Part shown: positions 56,334 to 64,000 of the stretch, in pieces
Position numbering within the stretch: position 1 is the first letter of the stretch
How the letters are laid out: each line of letters begins with the position of its first letter
NCBI GenBank assembly: GCA_965204905.1
Contig: OZ242042.1
Coordinates: forward strand, 898,778-962,777
Direction: 5' to 3'
DNA: 64,000 nucleotides
Source: Dehalococcoidia bacterium
GTDB taxonomy: Bacteria; Chloroflexota; Dehalococcoidia; Lucifugimonadales; UBA3495
Program-made: the position numbers and the translations under genes
Notes under the pieces: model-generated
What the model was told of the DNA's origin: nothing
Databases searched by the model: none
What the model saw: only the letters and a program-made list of their open reading frames with translations

Positions 56334-57942
56334 GTTGAGAAAGTCGCCGAACGGGAGCAGGATCTACCGAGGCATGGGCTTGCTGTGTTGCGTCCACCGG
56401 GTTAGCCATCCAATCCACGATGACCGCACCACGAAATTAGCGACTGCATCGTCGGTGGCGTGCCCCGCGTTGGCGGCAATTGCGTCGGCGGGGGCCACCG
56501 GACCGGGCGGCCCGACGCCGCGCCCCAGTTTCCGCACCATCTTCAGCACGTTGTGTGCCAACGCCGCCATGTAGCCCTCGCAGTCCACCTTCCAGAGTCC
56601 CCGCAACCGGGACTTCTCCCATCCCAATCGGTCAAGAGAACCGAAGGTTCCTTCCGCGATGGTCTTACGCCGGACGCTCTCCCGCCAGTACGCCGCAGTG
56701 CGGTTGCGCTCCCGGGCTCTCGCATACTCCGGGTGATATATCGTTACTCCGAAGAAACGTCGTTTTTGCCCCGGCGGGAGGCAGGTGTCCTTGATGGGGC
56801 AGGCCTGACAATCCTTCTGACGCGCCACGTATTGGTAGGACCGCTGCCGTTTGTGGTACGTACTCCGGCGCAGGATTTTGCCCTGTGGGCAAACCAGGTG
56901 GTCGCCGTGATAGACGAAATCGCCGCTGGCCACCATGCTGGTTTCCTGCTTGGGATGGATGGGAATATACGCGGTGATGTCCTGTTCCTCCAGCAGATGC
57001 CGGAGCCGACCATCACTGTAGCCGGTGTCAGCAGCCAGTGACACCGGTTGCAGTGGGAGACCCTCCAGCAGGCCAGCGACGGCTTTCGATTCCCGTTCCG
57101 AGGCATGGGTTACCCCTCGGGAGAGGATGAACCCGCCCAGGTCAACGATGACGTTCTCCTGGTACTGCAATCCCGACACCTTGCCGGCCCTGGTGGTCCT
57201 CCAGCGAGCGTCGGTATCAACTGGGTTCAGCGGCATCCGGCCTTCTGGGCTCTGGAAGTACCGCACTTCCTCATGTTCAACACCGTCGTCATCCACGGTG
57301 GTCGTGGTCAGCACGAAGAGGCCGTTTTCCTCGATGGCCTGTTCCTTGAACTCCGCCACGGTCAACCCGCTGGGCGCCAGGTCATACCCGCTCACGTTGG
57401 CCTTGACCAGGCTGGCATCGACGTACATCTCCGGCGACAACATCCCCAACCGCAGCAACTCGTCGTTCAGGCCGTCGAATATCGCCGTGAAGCCGTCCCG
57501 ACCGATCCGGTCGATGAAGTGGCTGATGGAAGAATGGTCAAACACCGGGTCGTCGATGGTCAGGAAACAGAACCAGCGGTAGCAGATGTTCTCCGAGATG
57601 GTGGAGCACAGCCGGCGGAAGGAGGCGATGTTGTACAGCGAGCAGATCAGCAGCGCTCTCACCATCACCTCAGGATGGATGGCGGGTCTGCCGAAGTCGG
57701 GGCAATAGCATTCTTCCAGGGGTTCGACCAGCTTGGCGAAATCCAACTGCTCGTCAATGCGGATCAGCAGGTGATTAGGATCAATGAAATCCCGCAGCTG
57801 CTTGGTGGTGAACTGAAACAGGGTGGAGTCGCGGCGGCTTCGGTCCAGAGGCTCGATCATAGGCACCATCGGCAACGGCGGATTTCCCGGCATTGTAGCC
57901 GAACTCATCATTGAACCCCACAATCAAGCCGACTTTTTCAAC
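56334..57942 (-). mobile_element. IS1182-like insertion sequence
   Basis: Terminal inverted repeats GTTGAGAAAGTCGCC (56334-56348) and the reverse complement GTTGAAAAAGTCGGC (57928-57942). No target duplication recognised. Confidence 0.7.
56364..57923 (-). CDS. DDE transposase, IS1182-type
   Basis: IDPNHLLIRIDEQLDF..GRPAIHPEVMVRALLICSLYNIASFRRL..YRWFCFL..FDHSSISHF, and C-terminal RLRGLWKVDCEGYMAALAHNVLKM. Confidence 0.9.
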   Translation of the reverse strand: MWGSMMSSATMPGNPPLPMVPMIEPLDRSRRDSTLFQFTTKQLRDFIDPNHLLIRIDEQLDFAKLVEPLEECYCPDFGRPAIHPEVMVRALLICSLYNIASFRRLCSTISENICYRWFCFLTIDDPVFDHSSISHFIDRIGRDGFTAIFDGLNDELLRLGMLSPEMYVDASLVKANVSGYDLAPSGLTVAEFKEQAIEENGLFVLTTTTVDDDGVEHEEVRYFQSPEGRMPLNPVDTDARWRTTRAGKVSGLQYQENVIVDLGGFILSRGVTHASERESKAVAGLLEGLPLQPVSLAADTGYSDGRLRHLLEEQDITAYIPIHPKQETSMVASGDFVYHGDHLVCPQGKILRRSTYHKRQRSYQYVARQKDCQACPIKDTCLPPGQKRRFFGVTIYHPEYARARERNRTAAYWRESVRRKTIAEGTFGSLDRLGWEKSRLRGLWKVDCEGYMAALAHNVLKMVRKLGRGVGPPGPVAPADAIAANAGHATDDAVANFVVRSSWIGWLTRWTQHSKPMPR

Positions 57943-57968
57943 AAGCCCGTCCGCGGCGTTTCACAGCC

Positions 57969-58313
57969 ATGGCCTTGGTTGGGTTGCTTTCGTATTTCGC
58001 CGCCCGCAACCACGCTGCATTAGTCAATTGGACCGCACTCGCCGGCGGTTTGACTATGCTGACATTGGCAACGTCCGCGCCGGATTGCAATCCGGTGGGA
58101 AGCATTGTCTCCGGCTTGATGATTGCCGCCATGTTCGCTGGCGCCGGATCGATAAAGGTATGGCTGGCAGGCAACACCAGCAGGCCACGCGCCAATTCCC
58201 GGAACATTCCGGTGATCCTCTTTGTCCGGTGCAGTGCTACGGCTTACATGGTGATTGTGGCTCTGTTTGCGGTTTTGGCGACGTTCAACGGTGCTATCAA
58301 CGTCGATATATAG
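57969..58313 (+). CDS. Hypothetical membrane protein
   Basis: 114 aa with four hydrophobic segments. Preferred over the overlapping Arg-rich 288-aa frame. Confidence 0.4.
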   Translation: MALVGLLSYFAARNHAALVNWTALAGGLTMLTLATSAPDCNPVGSIVSGLMIAAMFAGAGSIKVWLAGNTSRPRANSRNIPVILFVRCSATAYMVIVALFAVLATFNGAINVDI

Positions 58314-58337
58314 GGCGCAATCCTGATTTTCTGTGGA

Positions 58338-58826
58338 TTGGGCATAACGGCTGCTGGCACGCTGTCTGTAAGGCGGAATCCGCGGAATATCATCGCTTTG
58401 TTGGGAGTCACGATTTCAATAGTGGGGGCAGCTATCGAAATGGACCGAGCGTTTCTCAAACACGATGCTCCGTTCGAGACCTGGCAGGTCCTACTGGTAG
58501 CTGCGCTGATGTGGATGGTGTTGATACTGCCTCTGGCTTTCGATACAGCCAACAGCGCGATCCGCCGTCTGGGTTTGTTCCTAGTCGCCCTGTTGGCCGG
58601 AGCCTTCACATCTCTGATGGCGGTTGGGATACTGATGCTTATTGTCGGCACATGCGGCGGCGTGCTATCCCCAGCCTCGTGGAGTACCGTCCTTACTATA
58701 GGTGGCCTGATCGGACTTGGCGCCGTCGTATGCACGTTTCATGTTGTTCGTCGGCAGTTGGGACCCAGAGGCATTAGCCTCGGCAATGCTCGTCACGCTT
58801 GCACGGGCGCGTTGCTGTCATCCTGA
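58338..58826 (+). CDS. Hypothetical membrane protein
   Basis: 162 aa with five hydrophobic segments. Confidence 0.4.
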   Translation: MGITAAGTLSVRRNPRNIIALLGVTISIVGAAIEMDRAFLKHDAPFETWQVLLVAALMWMVLILPLAFDTANSAIRRLGLFLVALLAGAFTSLMAVGILMLIVGTCGGVLSPASWSTVLTIGGLIGLGAVVCTFHVVRRQLGPRGISLGNARHACTGALLSS

Positions 58827-59131
58827 CCCATGACTGGTGCACCATCAGGACGTGCGGAATCGCCAACTTCTGCGCGGGGGATCGACTGGCACTGACGGCT
58901 AGGGTTTCGGCGGCATTACCTAAATTTTTGATTTCCGAACTTTGTGCACAATTCTCGTTTGCCAGGGTGGTTCACGTAAGCATCGGATGTTGCATATTCT
59001 TGGTATTTCACTGCTGTCGGTTATCGAAGTCGCCGCATGATCATGCCCCAAATGGCCTACGTATGGGTAATCGGGTCAGTGCTTCCCACGCAGTATCCGC
59101 CAACCTCCCTAACGGTAGTGCCGTCACCACA

Positions 59132-59638
59132 TCACCGCGCCATCAAAAGATCACGAAGTTCGGCAATGCTGTTCGCGATATGGTCTGGTCTTGACGCCAC
59201 CAGTTCCGAAGGATCCGCGATTCCCCAAGTGGCACCTATTGAAATTACATTCGCCGACCTTGAGGCTTGGGTATCATGCGGTCTGTCGCCGATATGCACG
59301 ACTTCACTTGGTGTGAACCCTGACCGTTCCATAACGATATGCAAGCAAGATGGGTCAGGCTTCCGACGAGCCATATCACGGTATCCGATGACTAAATTTT
59401 CGGCTACCGGCCACTCTCTCAGGCCGGCTACTATCTCGGCACAGCGCCTGGGGCTGTGTGTGACGATTGCCAGCGTTTGTCCATTGGCAGCCAATTCGGT
59501 CAAAAGCTCATCCACTCCGGTATAGGGTTCAACTTGGCTCATCTCCTGGAAAACAGCCTGCCATTGCTGTCGATTGCGAAGGCTTTCCAGGTGACTCGTG
59601 TCGACCAGTGTCTGATCGAAATCGAATACGATCAGCAT
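59132..59638 (-). CDS. HAD-superfamily phosphatase
   Basis: Motif I DFDQTLVDT, later VTHSPR and IGDRPHD. Overlaps the upstream gene by 7 nt. Confidence 0.85.
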   Translation of the reverse strand: MLIVFDFDQTLVDTSHLESLRNRQQWQAVFQEMSQVEPYTGVDELLTELAANGQTLAIVTHSPRRCAEIVAGLREWPVAENLVIGYRDMARRKPDPSCLHIVMERSGFTPSEVVHIGDRPHDTQASRSANVISIGATWGIADPSELVASRPDHIANSIAELRDLLMAR

Positions 59639-60693
59639 GAGTGCCCTCCTTTCTTGAAAGATGATCTCTCCAGATAATGGAGAAACTCCGACGGTTTAGA
59701 AAAACCCCGAGCACCCATTTCGTTTACCAACTTTCTATTGCCGTTCGTCGCTGGATTGTCAGTGAAGCCTTCGATAGGTTGGAAGCAGGCTAACTCGCGT
59801 CCGTTACCCTGTGCCAAACAAAACCGCGCCGTGTGCATCGCACCGCCATCAACGTCTGTTTCAACGACAAATACACAATCTGAAAGGCCGCTTTGAATAC
59901 GGTCCCGTGCTACGAATGCCCACCGGCCGACTTTGGCGCCGGGAGGGTGTTCGCTGACAAGGGCCCCCCCGACGTCGATGATACTCTGCGCTAAATCGCG
60001 GTTCTCCCTTGGATAGACCCGGTCGAGGCCTTGAGCCATCACAGCTACCGTCGTACCACCCAATCTGACGCACTCGGCATGAGCCTCAGCATCACAGCCG
60101 TGTGCTAGGCCACTGACCACGGCTCCCCCACAGCGCACCACGACTTCGGAAACTCTCTTGGAAACGTCTCTGCCTCGATCTGTTGGTTCTCTCGTTCCAA
60201 CAACCGCCACGGACTTCGCGTATCCCAAAGCTTCGTTGTTCCCCAGCACATACAACAACGGCGGTGCCGATGCTCTGGCTGGTTGAAGGTCCCTCAAATG
60301 TTTGAGCCGTTCGGGATAACCATCGTCGAAAAACGAATACACGCTGATGTCCAGTGATTCACAGTGGTCGAGGATGTCGAGTCCGTCTCGCCACGCGGAT
60401 CTTAGCTTTTCCTCCGGGACCTCGCCGTTGCCTAGGGGGTCAGCTAGTTCGCGGAAGATGTCCTCTCCGTTCAGCGTATTCGTGTCGATCGATACCGAGC
60501 TGATGCCGCCCCAGCGATCCACCGACCGGAACGCGGTATCAGGCCCCACGCGTGGCAGTCGCATCAGGGCTAGTAACAGCACACGATAGTCAAAGGCGTT
60601 CAGCGCTGTGGCATCCGCCGTACCACTATTGCCGACCACTTGGGCATCACCTTGCTGACCGTGTTGGCTGTCTAATTCAAGTTGGACTGGCAT
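59632..60693 (-). CDS. DprA/Smf-like Rossmann (SLOG-fold) protein, divergent paralog 2
   Basis: SVAVVGTREPTDRGRDV...AVVSGLAHGCDAEAHAECVRLGGTTVAVMAQGLDRVYPREN...FVARDRIQSGLSD..VVETDVDGGAMHTA. Confidence 0.75.
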   Translation of the reverse strand: MPVQLELDSQHGQQGDAQVVGNSGTADATALNAFDYRVLLLALMRLPRVGPDTAFRSVDRWGGISSVSIDTNTLNGEDIFRELADPLGNGEVPEEKLRSAWRDGLDILDHCESLDISVYSFFDDGYPERLKHLRDLQPARASAPPLLYVLGNNEALGYAKSVAVVGTREPTDRGRDVSKRVSEVVVRCGGAVVSGLAHGCDAEAHAECVRLGGTTVAVMAQGLDRVYPRENRDLAQSIIDVGGALVSEHPPGAKVGRWAFVARDRIQSGLSDCVFVVETDVDGGAMHTARFCLAQGNGRELACFQPIEGFTDNPATNGNRKLVNEMGARGFSKPSEFLHYLERSSFKKGGHSC

Positions 60694-60729
60694 GAGGGCT
60701 CGAATGGTGTTTGCTCGGGTCTGGCAAGC

Positions 60730-61383
60730 CTATTCGACGATATCGTCTGAATTGGGAACTCGCCTGGCGATGAAGAGACCGATAACCGGAATACCTGGCA
60801 AGTGTTCGTTCAATAATCGTTTGACCGCTTTGAAATGCGAGCCGGTGGTCAACACGTCGTCTACGACAGCGATAAATTCGGGTTGTGGTGCGAGTAAGTT
60901 GGTGTCGATGTTGTACCCCTCGGCTATCTCTTCCGGGCCGCGCCTTACATCCGAAAGGTGAGCAGGATCGTAGCTGAGCGGTTGGACGATCAGTTCCCGA
61001 ACGTCCAATGGCCGAGCGGGTCGAACCAAACGAAGCATTTCGCCCAAGCGATCATCGTAAAGCGGATCGGTGCGCGCTTTCGACGGTGGGACTGGAACGA
61101 ATGTTATCCTGTCCAGGCGGTCCTGTCCCACAGCGACTCGGAAAGCATTGGCCACCGTTCGGATTGCCTGTCCCTTGTAGCGCCATTCAGGCCGATCTCG
61201 GCGGTCGACGGACTTCTTCATGTTGAGGATAAGGTTGTTGGTCTGACTGTAGGCGTATCCGGCACGCGCCGTGTATTCGCCCAAGAAGTGACAAACGTCG
61301 CCGTCAGTCAAATACCAATGATCTTGACGTTGCAGTTCGTCAATCCTCGACCACCGTTGTGGAAAGGTGTTGGCGGATGTCAT
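60730..61383 (-). CDS. Phosphoribosyltransferase, ComF-like
   Basis: Start moved to the ATG at 61383 (MTSANTF). PRPP loop FIAVVDDVLTTGSH and upstream FVPVPPSK. Confidence 0.8.
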   Translation of the reverse strand: MTSANTFPQRWSRIDELQRQDHWYLTDGDVCHFLGEYTARAGYAYSQTNNLILNMKKSVDRRDRPEWRYKGQAIRTVANAFRVAVGQDRLDRITFVPVPPSKARTDPLYDDRLGEMLRLVRPARPLDVRELIVQPLSYDPAHLSDVRRGPEEIAEGYNIDTNLLAPQPEFIAVVDDVLTTGSHFKAVKRLLNEHLPGIPVIGLFIARRVPNSDDIVE

Positions 61384-62248
61384 CGTACTCCCTGACGCGA
61401 ATGGCCCCGCGCTTTTCCATTTCCGCTGGCCACGTGATAGCTTCGTTGGCGAAACAGTTATCGAAGATGAACAGCTTCCTGTTTTGACGAAGTGCCGCAC
61501 GCGCTTGATGTAATGTGCCCGCAGTGTCGCTCACCTCGACTATGACAGTTGCGTCTGTGAGAGCTGTCATCGTCGCGTTCCTTTCGGGGAAGAATGATCG
61601 GTTGCTGCGGTAGTCCTGTTGGCCGTACCGTTTCACCGGTACTTGGCTCACGACCAGATAATGGTCGGCGAGATAGCGTTGCAGGTTCGCGTGTTCGCTC
61701 GGATATGACTCCGACAAAGGGGTTCCGATAACCGCAAAAGTCCGTCCATTCTCCTCCAAGGCGGTTTCGTGGGCCCGGCGGTCTACACCGGCAGCTAAAC
61801 CGGACACCACCGTTATATCGTCTCCCACCAGTGAACGGACCAAATCCGCGGTTACAGCCAAACCTTCTGATGAAGCCTTGCGAGTCCCAACCACCGCAAC
61901 GGCTGGTGAATGGACCAAATCCCACCAGCCTTGGTAATAGAGCAACTCGACGGGGTTTGCCGCGTCTCGGAGTTTGACCGGGTAATCGCCGGTACCGTTG
62001 ATCTGGACACCGAAACCCGCGACGCCCACGCGTTCAAATTCCTGGTGGACAAATTCGGCGTGGTTGTAGGCGACGTCATGGTCAACGAAATCAGAGGGCA
62101 AACATTCCGGGCAGAGGGCGAACCGGTGTGCCAGACTCTCGAACGTGGTGCCTCTCTCGCACCATAGCGCTTCATATGCCCCCATCTCTAGGAATGGTGA
62201 AACGGCGCCAGTGACCAGGTCCGATTGCTGGAGGGTCAAATCAACCAC
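61340..62248 (-). CDS. DprA/Smf-like Rossmann (SLOG-fold) protein, paralog 1
   Basis: AVAVVGTRKASSEGLAVTADL...VVSGLAAGVDRRAHETALEENGRTFAVIGTPLSESYPSEH...FPERNATMTALTDATVIVEVSDTAGTLHQA. Confidence 0.8.
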   Translation of the reverse strand: MVDLTLQQSDLVTGAVSPFLEMGAYEALWCERGTTFESLAHRFALCPECLPSDFVDHDVAYNHAEFVHQEFERVGVAGFGVQINGTGDYPVKLRDAANPVELLYYQGWWDLVHSPAVAVVGTRKASSEGLAVTADLVRSLVGDDITVVSGLAAGVDRRAHETALEENGRTFAVIGTPLSESYPSEHANLQRYLADHYLVVSQVPVKRYGQQDYRSNRSFFPERNATMTALTDATVIVEVSDTAGTLHQARAALRQNRKLFIFDNCFANEAITWPAEMEKRGAIRVREYDDIRQHLSTTVVED

Positions 62249-62795
62249 TGGAAACCTCCTTTAACGGGCATTCTGGGGTCGCGACGATGGTATGCCAACC
62301 TTAAACCGAGTGTCAACGTGGATCCCGGTCTGGCTGACGTGTGCGTGCGCGGTGGTAGCACCTGACGATGAGAACTGAGCGATTACCAGTCCGCGGACGA
62401 GCTCGTACCCCGGATTATCGTAGAACAATTGTACCGCTGGCCTACAGGCTGTGCAACATGGAACATGAAGCTGGATTTCTCCTGAACTTCACACCCCAGT
62501 GGTACCCGTTCCTGCCGCCCTTGGCAGTACGCCTCGTCGGAGGCTTCCACTCCCTCTCGCGCCGGCCCATTCTGACCATCTCTTCGGCCATGGCTAGGTA
62601 TGGGTCTGGTAGGTTTGGGACCAAATCGATTGCTCGCAGGGCGGCGGCCCCCGCTCTTGGGTAGTCTTGGTCGCCTATGAGGTCGTGGTATTGGTCGAGC
62701 TGGAGTTGGGTCTGTATGGCGTCGGCGGTTATCGGTGGCGTTCCGGGTTGGCGGGTGGGCGGTGGGCATGCGGGATTCTCCTTGGACCGGCGGGA

Positions 62796-62821
62796 TGCAA
62801 AAAGCCGCAATTTCGGCGGCT
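62796..62821 (-). terminator. Intrinsic terminator downstream of the 63030 gene
   Basis: Minus-sense AGCCGC-CGAAAUU-GCGGCU followed by UUUUGCAU. Confidence 0.5.
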
Positions 62822-63029
62822 CGGGTTGGTGATCGGTTTTTGCTGGGTCTGATCTGTTGTTTGCCGCGAGGGAGCTACGCTCTCTTCCGCCGGTTCACGG
62901 TCAGCACTGTTGTCGCGATCAGTGCTGTCGTTACCGACATAGGTGGTGGCCATCCGTTCAGGACCAGCAGCGTCGTGATGGCCGAACCATCGTTCCGGCC
63001 TGACGCTAGACGACGATGGTCCAGTTGGT

Positions 63030-64000
63030 CTATCGCCCAAGACCATCTAAGTGTTCGAATCTCTTCTCCAGCACCTCGCGTGGCACTAGGGGTTCGTCGC
63101 CGTGGGCTTGCACCAATCGACGGAAGAATTCATCCCAGCCAAATTCAAACGTCTCATCCTGACCGTTCATCATGAGAGTTGCTCTCATTTTTCTCTCATG
63201 CAAACGGTCTCCAATCCCAAAACGTGGGAGACCAAATATCTTCGTCCAGGTGACGCTTTCCTCATTATCGATACCCGCTTGGTCCAACATACGCTGTTCA
63301 TCCACTGTCAATTGGTTTGCGAAGAACATAGCGAACTCGGATGGAGTTCCATGGATTTTCGCGCGTTCGCTTATAATCTGAGCTATAGAACTTACATTTT
63401 GGATCGCAGCTATTACGTCGTGTCGGCTGGAGTCAATGGATAAATTCACAAGCATGCCGCGCAGAACACCCACGAAATCCCTTACCCTGATCCTTGATAC
63501 AAACTCAACAATGGCATCAAAGAGCTCTTCGACCTTCAGTTTGGATCCGATCAATCGGTCGGGCCCCAACGTCCCTCTTCTAGAGAAAATGTCATGGACG
63601 AATCCATTGGAGACCACGCAATACCTGTGGTGCTCAAGCGTGTGGAATATTTCGGTCAACTTGACGCTTCCGGCTGGCTGGCCGTCATAATCGTAAATCG
63701 GCACATCGAGATTACCCTGACCGCTGAAATCCTCTAGCAGCGTGCGCACCTGTATCCCTGAGAGGAGTAAAGCGTCCCGTAGGATTTCTTCTTGTCGATG
63801 GATGATTGCATCTGCCCACTCTGCTTCTGGCAAGGTAACGATTTTGGTGCCTGAACTCGGGTCTATCTGCTCGACAAGGGCTTGAGAATCCGCCGGTACT
63901 CCCCTTTCTAGTTCCGACACGAGACGCCGTGAGCGAAATACCGGTCTGACGGCCTCGTCTATCGCGTGGAGGAAACTGCCGTGGATGATCTGGCGGCCGC
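63030..64000 (-). CDS. Hypothetical protein, possibly 5'-partial
   Basis: 296-aa ORF from the GTG at 63920, but the frame remains open to the window edge. No motif recognised. Confidence 0.55.
   Translation of the reverse strand, partial: GRQIIHGSFLHAIDEAVRPVFRSRRLVSELERGVPADSQALVEQIDPSSGTKIVTLPEAEWADAIIHRQEEILRDALLLSGIQVRTLLEDFSGQGNLDVPIYDYDGQPAGSVKLTEIFHTLEHHRYCVVSNGFVHDIFSRRGTLGPDRLIGSKLKVEELFDAIVEFVSRIRVRDFVGVLRGMLVNLSIDSSRHDVIAAIQNVSSIAQIISERAKIHGTPSEFAMFFANQLTVDEQRMLDQAGIDNEESVTWTKIFGLPRFGIGDRLHERKMRATLMMNGQDETFEFGWDEFFRRLVQAHGDEPLVPREVLEKRFEHLDGLGR

Noticed and set aside
57911-58777. 288-aa plus-strand ORF downstream of the IS.
   Set aside because: It is an Arg/Cys/Gly-rich translation overlapping two ORFs in another frame (57969-58313 and 58338-58826). 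Those two encode regular hydrophobic helices and are the more plausible genes.
62442-62810. 122-aa minus-strand ORF with a TPR-like stretch (ADAIQTQLQLDQYHDLIGDQDYPRAGAAALRAIDLVPNLPDPYLAMAEEM), sharing ~170 nt with 55460-55620.
   Set aside because: Only a short part looks protein-like, the paralogous copy is truncated by a stop, and the rest is low-complexity. It is probably a gene remnant next to a conserved terminator, so it is not listed as a CDS.

Overview
GC-rich bacterial accessory region in which most genes lie on the minus strand. All family calls come from reading the translations by eye; no searches or alignments were run. The left edge holds a 5'-partial DnaE2-like polymerase, then a nuclease-rich stretch: a CoiA-like protein, a secreted HNH/DUF1524-Excalibur nuclease, standalone Cas4-like nucleases, an HTH-ImmA/IrrE fusion and a HEPN-like gene split by an IS. 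A three-gene operon for very large secreted proteins follows at 16.5-25.5 kb (LRR+Fn3, PD40 beta-propeller, Fn3/HExxH metalloprotease). The rest is a mosaic of cassettes, pseudogenes and insertion sequences, with three intact DDE transposases plus IS1380, IS21-IstB and IS701-like remnants. Two compact candidate systems stand out. One is a SIR2_2 protein with a large helical partner (33.7-37.2 kb). The other is an operon of DprA/SLOG-like, PRTase, DprA/SLOG-like and HAD phosphatase genes (59.1-62.2 kb). The window is also pervaded by repeated modules that no standard annotation would explain. (A) A 216-aa Cas4-like nuclease occurs as 3 full copies and 2 fragments. A conserved non-coding leader of about 200 nt ending in an intrinsic terminator precedes each full copy, and a fourth leader copy sits upstream of an amidase. 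(B) A small HTH plus zinc-ribbon gene occurs as 2 intact copies, 1 truncated copy, 1 nonsense-mutated copy and 2 fragments. (C/E) A co-oriented 85-110-nt repeat with complementary ends occurs at least 15 times. Finally, a 16-nt motif, GAGTAGCGAAATTTCC, marks segment junctions between 37.8 and 51.5 kb. No rRNA, tRNA or CRISPR array was seen.
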